This document shows, in pieces, positions 1 to 10,415 of a DNA stretch of 27,646 nucleotides. The notes beneath the pieces are model-generated. The model had not been told where the DNA came from. It did no database searches and saw nothing but the letters and a program-made list of their open reading frames with translations. Where the stretch lies: contig CM119267.1 of assembly GCA_051294375.1 (NCBI GenBank), positions 6,443,407-6,471,052 on the forward strand, written 5' to 3'. The DNA is from Paraspadella gotoi. Taxonomy: Eukaryota; Animalia; Chaetognatha. Numbering within the stretch: position 1 is the first letter of the stretch; the number at the start of each line of letters is the position of its first letter. The translations under genes were made by a program, and so were the position numbers.

Positions 1-84
1 TGAGATACGATTTCTGATTTATGTCCCTCGATCTTTTGAATCGCGTCCGAGGATCGACCACCCGTCAAGGGAGGATATGGCGGT

Positions 85-805
85 NNNNNNNNNNNNNNNN
101 NNNNNNNNNNNNNNNNNNNNNNNNNNNNNNNNNNNNNNNNNNNNNNNNNNNNNNNNNNNNNNNNNNNNNNNNNNNNNNNNNNNNNNNNNNNNNNNNNNNN
201 NNNNNNNNNNNNNNNNNNNNNNNNNNNNNNNNNNNNNNNNNNNNNNNNNNNNNNNNNNNNNNNNNNNNNNNNNNNNNNNNNNNNNNNNNNNNNNNNNNNN
301 NNNNNNNNNNNNNNNNNNNNNNNNNNNNNNNNNNNNNNNNNNNNNNNNNNNNNNCTTGAACTTACGAGTTTTATGTCTTTCCTATATATTTTTTTGAAAA
401 TTTTATTGTGATCGGGGAAAATTTAAGTTCTTTCGGTTCTACCTTCAAAAAAATAATCTAATTTTGCTGATTTTAAAGTCCCCCCCACAAAAAAATACAC
501 ATTGTAAAACATCCGTCTTCGTTATTTATTTCGGAATTAAAAGTAAAAAAAATGTAAAAGAAAAGTAAAAAAAGAAAACAAAAAGAGAAGAGAAAGAAAA
601 TTCTCGTCGGTCGACGATCCTCGCGATTTGTGTAAGATTTATTTGTTTTGGCATCAACGTTTCGAAATTCTTTTTTTTTNNNNNNNNNNNNNNNNNNNNN
701 NNNNNNNNNNNNNNNNNNNNNNNNNNNNNNNNNNNNNNNNNNNNNNNNNNNNNNNNNNNNNNNNNNNNNNNNNNNNNNNNNNNNNNNNNNNNNNNNNNNN
801 NNNNN
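85..805. other. Assembly gaps at 85-354 and 680-805 (further gaps at 1500-1524, 22051-22060, 27099-27123)
   Basis: Runs of N. Confidence 0.99.
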
Positions 806-1329
806 AGGCATAATTCGGATATTCCTATTTGATTACTTTCAATTCTCTATTCATATGCGGCTTTATCAGCCTCGCTCGAGTGACGGGCGGAGCGAACAAA
901 AAAAAAAAAATTATAATATCGATGAATTTTGGTTGTGATTATTATTTGGTTTGAGAATTACCGTGACTTTTCTTTCAAATATTAATATTAATATTAATTT
1001 TGGTAAAATAAAAAAAATTAAAGATAAGCATTACTACTATATGTACAGTGTACAGTGTACAGCTTTGGAAAAACCCTACTGATAAATTGCTTCAACGAAT
1101 ATCATTTATATAATAACATTTTCTTAGTTTCACAGAAAGGAAGTTTTTGTTCTTGCCAAGATACCTGCACTAACAATGATTGGTCTCTAATTCACAATAA
1201 AAATTTTGCATTATAATGATTATTAATATAAAAATAGCATTTCGCAACTTCCTTAATTTCAAGATCGAAAAACAAAAGAATCAAAGGAGAGAAAAAGATG
1301 AGGCGCAACTTTGTCCACCTGAAACCTGG

Positions 1330-1373
<44 letters not shown>

Positions 1374-1413
1374 CGACGACGATGACGACGACGAAGACGA
1401 CGACGACGACGAC
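1330..1413 (+). repeat. (GAC)n microsatellite
   Basis: ~28 triplets with GAT/GAA variants. Confidence 0.95.
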
Positions 1414-1452
1414 GGTTTTTTCGTTTGCGTGAAAATCGAAGCTCCCATCGTG

Positions 1453-1565
1453 ACGAATAACCCACTCGATTCCAGATGGGCATATCTCTCTCTCTCTCTN
1501 NNNNNNNNNNNNNNNNNNNNNNNNGCTTGCTGATACGAATAACCCACTCGAATTCCAGATGGGCA
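1453..1565 (+). repeat. Short direct duplication flanking a 25-N gap
   Basis: ACGAATAACCCACTCGA(A)TTCCAGATGGGCA at 1453-1482 and 1535-1565, each followed by (CT)n. Confidence 0.85.
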
Positions 1566-1577
1566 GCTTAATCCTAC

Positions 1578-1737
1578 TCTCTCTCTCTCTCTCTCTTCTC
1601 TCTAACTCTGCTCGTCTCTTCTCTCTCTCTCTCTTCTCTCTCTTACTCTCTCTCTCTCTCTCTCAACTACTTTTTCGGTTTTGAGATGTCTGCCAGAATT
1701 CGCCGCCTCTAATCCCGTTTACTCTCTCTTCTCTCTC

Positions 1738-1783
<46 letters not shown>

Positions 1784-1807
1784 GTCTCCTCTCTCTCTCT
1801 CTCTCTC
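1578..1807 (+). repeat. Interrupted (CT)n microsatellite cluster
   Basis: Direct reading. Confidence 0.9.
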
Positions 1808-2592
1808 ATCCGACCGTCATTCATAATTCCCCCATCGTCCCTCATATAATCATCATCATCATCAACAACAACAACAACGACCGACTTCCCTCTCACGGAT
1901 GTTCATCTCTTCCCTCTTGGTTCTCCAATTTTTTGCAGATGTGATTCTGCGGTTCTTCTCCTAATCGCGTTTATATCTGGTTCTCGCATTGTTCCTTCGT
2001 TGTTCCTTCATTGTTCCTTCCTGGTCTCGTTTTTCTCTCGTTCTTCTTCCCGTATAAAACTCCTCCTCTTCCTCCTCCTCCTCCTCCTCCTCCTCCCCCC
2101 GGAGGCGTCGGGATTTGAATCTGCGGGTGGAATCTTCGCTCGGGTCATTTTGGGTCGTTTAGAGTCGAAAACCCGTGATTAGAGCAGAAGATGCAGAGGA
2201 CGATGACGAACGATGACGACGACGACGAACGACGACGACAAAGGAACGAACGACGACGCGAACCACCTTTTTTACTTCCAGGGAAGTGAAATGGATTGGG
2301 GGAAGCGGAAAAGGGGGGGGGGGTACGAGGGGGGGGAGTGCAGTTACCACTGGTCCATTTCTCTATGGAATCCTTGTTTTTCTTCTTATTCATTTTTCCG
2401 TGTTTTTTTTCTCAGGATCGGTTGTTGTTGTTGTTGTTTCGATGGATTTCGAATGCGGATTTAGTTTAAGGCATCGATGAATTATGTTTTCGAACTGACA
2501 ATTTACGTCCGAATTTCAACACAAACGACGCGATTTTACTTTTTGGGGGGGAGAGGGAGAGGGAGATGTTTTACTCGCCTTTCTTTCTCGGC

Positions 2593-2596
<4 letters not shown>

Positions 2597-2658
<62 letters not shown>
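2597..2658. repeat. (AT)n microsatellite
   Basis: ~31 perfect units. Confidence 0.97.
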
Positions 2659-2660
<2 letters not shown>

Positions 2661-2976
2661 TCTTTGTATTTTTCCCATTCGACCAGAATCGGTTGGACAT
2701 TTGAGACAGCGATGTCGGCGAATTACGGTATCGTTGTCAACGTAGCTCCGCCTCATTTAACGAAAATCGGAACCGAGTATTATGAAAATTTCCGAAAAAA
2801 AATATTTCCGAATCTCGGCATCCTTCCCCGGCGCAATACGGCCGGGCATCGGGGCCGAGGCTCAGGGGGGCGGGAGGCGGGGTCACAGGCTACGGGGATC
2901 CTTCTTTTGCGGTCGAATGCACCGCGTGAATCGTAATGTGAAAATTATAGGGAGACGGAGGAGAAGAATGGAGGCG

Positions 2977-2978
<2 letters not shown>

Positions 2979-3033
<55 letters not shown>
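2979..3033 (+). repeat. (GAC)n microsatellite
   Basis: ~18 perfect units. Confidence 0.97.
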
Positions 3034-3034
<1 letters not shown>

Positions 3035-3117
3035 AATTATTTCGCGACGGTATCCATCCTTAGTTTTTTTTTTAAACACTTCTATAATAGGACCGATACT
3101 TTATTATTCTTCGATCG

Positions 3118-3119
<2 letters not shown>

Positions 3120-3194
<75 letters not shown>

Positions 3195-3196
3195 TC
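3120..3196 (+). repeat. (CTTT)n microsatellite
   Basis: ~19 perfect units. Confidence 0.97.
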
Positions 3197-3696
3197 CTCA
3201 ATCCTCATTGTTCCATATCTCCATTCGAATCTCGTCAATCGAAACAATGAAATGAGTCATCGAACGACGAAGCGGTCGTCGGTGGAGAGATTGGGCGTCG
3301 CGTGGCCCTCTACCGGCGAAAAACGAGCCTAGCCCGACCAACAAAAGAACAACGAAAGGATTTAAAGAAAAAAGAGAGAATTTCGAGAACAAAAGATTGA
3401 ATTAACGAAGGAGAAATAAAGTGGAACTTCTTGGTTTTCAGTTTCTTTCATTGATTTTTTTTTTTCGAGACTCAATAACCCTTAAATTTTCAAATGAATG
3501 GCTATATCCTTTTTTAAAAAGAAAGAAAGAAAAAAAAACTAGGATTTAATTAAATATCTCGAGTTTCGCAAATAAAAAAAAAAAAGAAGAATCCAATTCT
3601 TTATAGATTATAGTATTTTGATTCATCTATTAAAGGAAATCTGTTGGACATTGACCAACTGTTTGATAGAAATTTAGTAATTTGATTCTACTTTAT

Positions 3697-3765
3697 GAAA
3701 GAAAGAAAGAAAAGAAAAGAGAGAAGAGAGAGATAGAGAGGAGAGAGAGATGAGAAGAGATGAGA

Positions 3766-3799
<34 letters not shown>

Positions 3800-3948
3800 A
3801 TCCCCGATTCTTCTCCGCGTTAATTGCTCTTATTTTTTGTGGGTCGTTGGGCCCCGCGTAGGGCGCGAACACCCACGGAGGAGAAGGTCTCGATTTCAGA
3901 GAAATTTGGATCCTGATGGAAGGAGAGAGAGAGAGAGAGAGAGAGAGA
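3697..3948 (+). repeat. Purine-rich (AG)n/(GAAA)n tracts
   Basis: Tracts at ~3697-3799 and ~3921-3948. Confidence 0.9.
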
Positions 3949-4620
3949 TCAAAGAAAAGAGAACGTGACAAGAGGACGAAACCTTCGTTCTAATTTTCCG
4001 TCACGTCCTTCCAATTCAAAATGAAATGTAAACAAACAAACAATATCATCCTTTAGTAGAGGGCAATGTGCTTTCAATAAAAAAATATCCATACTATACT
4101 ATGTGATTTTTCATAAAACTAAAATTTATTTTATAGTCTAACTCTATAATTTCAAATATATATATATATAGTATACATATATATATTATATACGTACATT
4201 ACAGATCACGCTATTCAATGACAATATAAACCGATGTTACAAAACTACAACTAAACAGCAATATGAAAAGTTTCATTAAGGAGTAATTGCTATCACCGTT
4301 GACATTATTGACTTACTTTTTAAAAATTATAAACTGGTACATATAAACATATAAAAACAATGAAGTTAACGAATAGACCCAATATAGAGTGAGTCGCACG
4401 TGCTTTAAAAAAGTGACAATGTGGCAACTTGAAAATAAATATAGTGGTTTACAAGATGTCATTTCGATTAAAAAAAACTTTGAAAATAGTGCTTGAAGGG
4501 TATATTAAAGTACAAGTTTCGGATTTACGCGGCTCGTTTAGTATTACGGGAAAATAAAATGTTTAACTATCATCGAACAAAAAGATAGTTCTAAAATTCT
4601 GGCTCTCCGTTTTTTTGTTT

Positions 4621-6891
4621 TCAATAAAAAAGAAAGACGCACAATATCGGCACCGACAAAAGAAACACGCTCACGACGGTATAATTTTTAAATACTTCTT
4701 TGTCAAGAACATTGAGAAAATCTCCGAAAGAAGAACCGATAATTTTGAGGCTAAATCGGACGCGCAGGGTCTTTGCAATTATCTCCATGTGTACGAAATA
4801 CGTCGAGTCTGACGGAGTCCGGCTCGAAAGATAAATCGGGAATTTTTGCAGATATTTTTGATAGTAAGAGATGTACTGTCGGTAAAAATGCTCATTCGGT
4901 TCTTTCGGTGAAGTTTGCTGAGAAAAGAGATACGCATTGAAAGTTATCAGAGTTATCGCGACTAAGAATTTTATAAAAAATCTGACTTTTTTTTTAACGT
5001 TAGTTGCTTTAAAGAAAAATCTGAACCAGACAATTTGAGGTAATGTTGAAATGGTTAGCATAAAAACAAATTTTTGGCTGATGTCAAATAGGGCTATAAT
5101 TCCCGATTTATATAGTTCTTTTTGTTCTTTTCTAAACATACCATTCAAGCAGCACAATGTTACCACCTTTTCAACATCCTTTTTAACCTCATTTGTTTTT
5201 ATTATTAAAAAAGACGCGGATAAAAGGGCAAAGGACGCGAGTCCAAGCAACCCATAAAAAACTCGCTTCTTTTCCAAAGCATATTCATTTAATCTTTCTG
5301 GACATCCTTCCAAAAACATAACGACAAAGTACAACGCTAACGAGGCAGAGGAAAAATCTGTTACAGTCGTGAAGCTTCTGTACAATATTTCCTTTGATTT
5401 AAACAAACTAACGTAATCCATATTAGCTAAGCGTGGAAATCTTTTAGATTCTAGAAAACCTTCTCGTTTGTAAAGGCTGTCGTGAGCGAAAGTGTTGTAA
5501 ATGTTAAGACCCAGTATCGTCAACGGCATTATCGCGGCCGACATAAACAAAGCCATTTTTGCCAGTTGTTTTCTTTCTAATAATTGAATCATGATGTACA
5601 AGGTTCCCAAGCTCGTATCCAAGAGAAGCAGAATCAGTATAGAGGAATATTGCGGGTTAAAGAATTTGTAATTTCCAACCAGATACATGTTGGCTCCGAT
5701 CCTTTTTGCGGTTGGGTTTTTTAATTTGTAATATTTGCAAGGCACTAAAATTTGATTCCTTTCGATATTTTCCCATCTTTTCCTATCAATCAATCCTCGC
5801 GGTTCGAAACACGCGTTTGAAATAACCGAACGATTGATATGAGTTGTATGGAAAACGATATTCGGACTCGTGAGTTTCGATCCATTATCAACTTTTCTCT
5901 GAAAGTGGGATTCTATCGTCGGCGAAACGTCGTTACCAAATAAAAAGGAAAGGAGAAAAAGTGACCAATGAGTCATAACGATGGATTGGCCCAAAGAGGT
6001 GATTCCCTTTATGCGGTTATCTCTTTCTCGAAACAAACTCGAGAAAAGCTCACTCAGTTCCGTTAGAGTGAAAATCCGCAAGAGAATCAAAGGGGTGAGC
6101 AGGGCGTACCAGGGCGACATCTTTAACGCCCAAACGTAGATCAGATAAATGTTGACGACGATCCCGATGGATCCCTGAATCGAACCGGCCACGCCAACTG
6201 ACGACGCCATCTTGGCGCGGGATTTCATGGAGAAAGAGGCCAAACTGAGGCAGGACAAACTGAAGGAGACGAGGCTGTGGTAATTGCTAATTTCCCAACC
6301 GCAAATTTTATAGCCGGTCCTTTGCCATTGACACAGGCATGGTACGGATGATTTAATACTAAGCGAATTGTTTAGTTCAATTTTAAAAAGAGCCTCTTCG
6401 TAGTGAGAGATGGGCAGACATTGCTCCGTCGTTCCGCTGGTCAAGTCCAAAATCAGGGTCGCGGCTTGCAAAAGAATCTGCGGAAAAGATTCCAGAATGA
6501 CGTGCAGAAATTCCAAATGGTCCAGACGCCGAATCTTTGCCGCCAGCGAAGCGGCGTTGCCCTCGAAGCAGAGCCCCCTTTCATCGAGGTGAAGGTCCAA
6601 TACGAAGAGAGCGTTTCCCAGACCAAAGACGCAAAGAATGGCTGCGCCGATCTTGCGCCAGAGCTTGACCCAAAGTCGAGGATACGACGCCGCGTCTCGA
6701 CGTAAACATCGCCACGCGTAGGCGCTGGAAACGGCGCCGTGGATGATGAGAACCGCGCCCATGGCGGCGCCGAAGTATCGTTCGACCTCGAAACTTTTTC
6801 GGCAGAAAAAAATCATCGTTTGAAAGTCGGTGATGACGTCGGCAAAGTTGAGAAGGATGGCAAAGACTAAGATTACATTTTGAGTCTTCAT
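4621..6891 (-). CDS. Intronless XK-related (Xkr/CED-8 scramblase family-like) multi-pass membrane protein, ~756 aa
   Basis: Uninterrupted 2271-nt ORF from the first in-frame ATG (6891, context aaaaATG) to TGA at 4621; the track's 7008 start is a TTG. It has many hydrophobic segments and XK hallmarks: TM1 'FADVITD', TM3 'LEFLHVILESFPQILLQ' (cf. ESxPQxxLQ), then 'SFSLSCLSLAS'. An unseen upstream exon cannot be excluded. Confidence 0.8.
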   Translation of the reverse strand: MKTQNVILVFAILLNFADVITDFQTMIFFCRKSFEVERYFGAAMGAVLIIHGAVSSAYAWRCLRRDAASYPRLWVKLWRKIGAAILCVFGLGNALFVLDLHLDERGLCFEGNAASLAAKIRRLDHLEFLHVILESFPQILLQAATLILDLTSGTTEQCLPISHYEEALFKIELNNSLSIKSSVPCLCQWQRTGYKICGWEISNYHSLVSFSLSCLSLASFSMKSRAKMASSVGVAGSIQGSIGIVVNIYLIYVWALKMSPWYALLTPLILLRIFTLTELSELFSSLFRERDNRIKGITSLGQSIVMTHWSLFLLSFLFGNDVSPTIESHFQRKVDNGSKLTSPNIVFHTTHINRSVISNACFEPRGLIDRKRWENIERNQILVPCKYYKLKNPTAKRIGANMYLVGNYKFFNPQYSSILILLLLDTSLGTLYIMIQLLERKQLAKMALFMSAAIMPLTILGLNIYNTFAHDSLYKREGFLESKRFPRLANMDYVSLFKSKEILYRSFTTVTDFSSASLALYFVVMFLEGCPERLNEYALEKKRVFYGLLGLASFALLSASFLIIKTNEVKKDVEKVVTLCCLNGMFRKEQKELYKSGIIALFDISQKFVFMLTISTLPQIVWFRFFFKATNVKKKVRFFIKFLVAITLITFNAYLFSQQTSPKEPNEHFYRQYISYYQKYLQKFPIYLSSRTPSDSTYFVHMEIIAKTLRVRFSLKIIGSSFGDFLNVLDKEVFKNYTVVSVFLLSVPILCVFLFY

Positions 6892-8742
6892 TTTTCGAAT
6901 CAATATGAAAACAAAATGGTCGGAGGAAAGGCATGGAGTTAAGTCGCTTCGGGATAAATTAAAAATTAATAAGGAACGAGAGAAAGTTTTTGCCGAATCT
7001 GACGTCAATATGTTTAGCGAGTTTAAATGTCAAGATGGCCGTTAAGAACAAAAAATGCATTTCTGAGAAATACCGAACGGGAAAGAAAGGTTAAATTCGG
7101 GGAAGTAATTCGATTCCTGATTAGGAAACGAGCTAAATTCCTTAATTCCTTAATCCTTATTCGATTTAAAGCTTTTTTGATCGAGTTATAAAAGGTTATC
7201 AAGAATGAGAATAATCGATGTTAATTAAACAGTCTGTTAGATTAGTCTATACAATATACATTATAAATGACCGAGATTGAATATCAAAGGGAAATTGGTT
7301 AATTTCATGAATTCGAACTAAATTCAAATTGCATCGATTCGAGTCGGGAAAATTGTTGCTGAAAGTCTTGTGGGCGACTTGGGCATGGCATTGGGCATGT
7401 CATTTGAGCATGGTATTTGGAAATGATATTCGGTATTGGGCAAGGCATTTTTTTATCCAATATTCATAGTAGTAGTTCATTCCGTGGATTCAGCTGGTCT
7501 TTCCGAGTCATCGCTGAATACCCTCGCTGTTCGTCGTCGTCGTCGTCGTTGTCGTCGTCAACCGTTCCTGTCATAAAAAGTGAGGCGAACAAACATGACC
7601 GTCGTGGATATTTTTCTTCCTCTTCGTCATCGTCGTTTTCCTCGTCGTCGTGATCGTTTCCATCTTCGGATGAATCACGTCTTTCAAAGGGATGACCTCC
7701 CGTGACCTCTTCTGACCCGCCCTCGATGTTCGACCGACCTCCCACCGATCGAGGCCCTCGAGCCATCGACCCGGCTGTGACCCGGGTCCGGATGTCACGA
7801 GAAAGGCTTGACCAGGATCATCCGAAAAGCCAACGTCGCCAACCTTGTAAACACTGATCGTAAACAATGAAAACTTTCTCGACAAATATTGTAAATCTTT
7901 TGATGATGGGATTTTTTTATTCGGCAGTTACGGTGACTACGACGTCGATTTCTTCCAAGTTGTCTTCGTCATCGTTGGTGCCATCGTTTTATCACAACCA
8001 TCATTATTACAACTGAATGTTGCTCAATAATTTTCCAAAAAAGTTTATTTTTACTGAATATTATGTATTTAACTTTCTCGATCCATCGTACCGCTTAACT
8101 GCAACTTCGCTAACAAATAAAGAATTTTAAAAAGACAGGTTAAAAAACGAGACAGAGAGAGAGACAAGAAGATGAGCAACAAGAAGATGGAAATTTGGAA
8201 AGAGAGAAAAAAAAAGTAAGGCGAAGTATTTTCCAGAGTTTGTCGAAGACTTCGGGTGAGGGATTAGCGTCCATGGCGGATAAGGAATCGGGGCATCCGA
8301 GACGAAGGTGAGGGAGGGAAGAGGGTAAGGACTAAGGAGGAGTAAGGGAGAGGGTTAGTTCCTCTCTCTTTCTTCTTCCTTCTCGATTTCTATCCGAAGA
8401 AGAAGGGAAAAAAATGTCGCATTTTTTCGACTAAAATCACGAGATTCTGTTCGGGTTTTTTTTTGTTCTTTTTTAAACGGAACTTTTATGACGACTTCCT
8501 TTTGTTTTTTTGTTTTTTGTTTGTTTTTTTAAATTCGGAGAGCTCTGTTTTTTTAAAAATAGGCTGACTGGGCATCTTTTCTTTCTTTCTCTCTCTCTCT
8601 CTCTCTCGCTCTCTCTCGCTCTCCTCCCTGCAATCCTTCCAACCCACCCCTCTCTCATTCTTCTTCTTCGACGTTTTCTCGCGAGGAATGACAAACAATC
8701 ACGAGTTCATGAGAATAGTCTCGAGTTTGTCTTCAAGACGGG

Positions 8743-8781
<39 letters not shown>

Positions 8782-8851
8782 AACGATTTTGGGGTTATTT
8801 TTTCGACCGCAAAAAAAAAAAGAAAATCCTAAGCAAATTGGAGGCAACGAT

Positions 8852-8973
8852 AACGAGGCTGGCAACAACGATCGAGACCGAGAGGGAACGAGGCTGGCAA
8901 CAACATCGAGACGAGAACGAGGCTGGCAACAACGACGAGACGAGAACGAGGCTGGCAACAACGATCGAGACGA
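8852..8973 (+). repeat. Minisatellite, four copies of ~30-bp AACGAGGCTGGCAACAACGATCGAGACGAG
   Basis: Units start at 8852, 8887, 8916 and 8945 and differ by small indels. Confidence 0.92.
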
Positions 8974-9760
8974 CGGAGCCAATGAAAAATCAGAAAAACG
9001 CTTCTCAATTTTCGTCGATGCTTTTTCTTTTTCTTTCTTTTTTTTTCCAACACAAGTAGAGTAAATGATTTGGGTTAGGTAAACAAATATTTCAAGAAAA
9101 GCTATCTGAGAGAAAAAACGCAGTCCCTTACCAAAGAACCAAGTGTACATGGTACTCGCTGAAAAAAAGTTGAAATGAAATTGCCCCTCTCAACTTCAAT
9201 GTCATGTCATGTCATTGTTGTCATAAGATGATTTCATAATAATGAAATTTATAACCTGAGATAAGCATAATTTATATTTTTTTAAAGATAAGCATAAGCG
9301 CATGTGCGAAAAATCATACGCATAAACAACTGACGCTAGACAAAGTAGACACTAGACATTATATTATAAAATATTATTATATTATAATATATTTCCCTTT
9401 ATAAATGTTTGTTTTCGGAAGAAAGGAACTTTTCTTTTTGTTTTGCCATGACTTTGAAGAAGCATTTACAGGGGCCACATGAAACGGAGATATCGCACTT
9501 ACTTCTTGTTATAACAAGGAAACCTTAATCTTAAGATGTTAAGCGACACTAACTCTCTCTCAATCGAACGAAAAAATTTTAATTTTTTAAGAGTCAACTT
9601 TTTTAAACGATTGCAGAACAAAACAGGAATTCGCGAGTCAAAAATCTTTAAAACTTCGAAAGAAAAAAAACTTTAAAAGTTAACTTTTAAAGTGGCAAGC
9701 TTTGATCTCAAAAGCATAATTACCCAAAATGAAACGAAGATTTGTTTTTAAATTTCAAAG

Positions 9761-9776
9761 TTTATTCCGGTTTATT
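9761..9776 (-). promoter_or_regulatory. Candidate tandem AATAAA polyadenylation signals of the sugar transporter
   Basis: Two plus-strand TTTATT at 9761 and 9771, ~300 nt past the stop. The hexamer is common in AT-rich DNA. Confidence 0.3.
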
Positions 9777-10075
9777 CATACAACGAACAAAAAAAGTTAA
9801 AACGGTTATATTCTGGACGGAATTATATCGTTCGAAGTTGGCGGTTAAACAATACCAACGACCCGCCATAGACAATATAAAGAACGCGAGTTTTAACGTC
9901 ATGATCGTACAATCGACCAATCAGAATTTGGGGGGGGAAAATTTTTTTTTTTCTTTTACGATTCGCCATGAACGAAGTTCCACGTTGTAATGAGAGGCTT
10001 GCGACAAATTAGAGAATTGACACTTGGCCAAAAAAGAAAGAAAGAAAGAAAAAAAAGAAAAGGACGTGACTCTCG

Positions 10076-10415
10076 TCACTCTCCGACTCCGCTTCTCAAA
10101 GACGCCTCCACCCTCTTCCTCTCATCCTCCTCCTCATTCCACACCTCCTCCTCCTCCTCCTCCTCCACCTCTTCCACGATGCTCCAACTCTCGCTGACGC
10201 TTCCCCGCCTCCGCTCGTCGTCGTCGTCTCCGTCGTCGCGCCCGTAGAGGAAGAGGCGCTCGATGTCCTCGAGGGAGCGCCCCTTCGTCTCCGGCACGCA
10301 GAGGTGCACGAAGAGGAGCGAGGCGAGGGTGCACCCGGCGTAGAACCAGTAGGCGCCGTAAGGATGGAGTAGGCGCTTGAAGGTGGGGAAGGTTTTCGTG
10401 GCTACGAAGGCGGCG
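10076..10415 (-). CDS. Sugar transporter exon 7 (TM11-TM12 and acidic C-terminal tail)
   Basis: Acceptor cacaacag; encodes AAFVATKTF...YGAYWFY...VPETKGRSLEDIERLF, a D/E-rich tail, then TGA. Confidence 0.93.

Noticed and set aside
1216-1533. Poly-Asp ORF with apparently synonymous GAT/GAA variants
   Set aside because: It is a (GAC)n microsatellite like many non-coding ones here, runs into a gap, and has no domain or splice support.
4608-4620. A-rich run just after the XK stop as a retrocopy poly(A) remnant
   Set aside because: Too short, A runs are ubiquitous here, and no target-site duplication was seen.
6892-7008. 39-aa N-terminal extension of the 795-aa ORF
   Set aside because: It depends on a TTG start; the first in-frame ATG at 6891 sits directly before TM1.
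8510-9150. ORFs of 123-184 aa and a CRISPR-like look of the 30-bp repeat
   Set aside because: The ORFs are read-throughs of microsatellites and the minisatellite. The inter-core segments are near-identical rather than unique spacers, there are no cas genes, and the context is eukaryotic.
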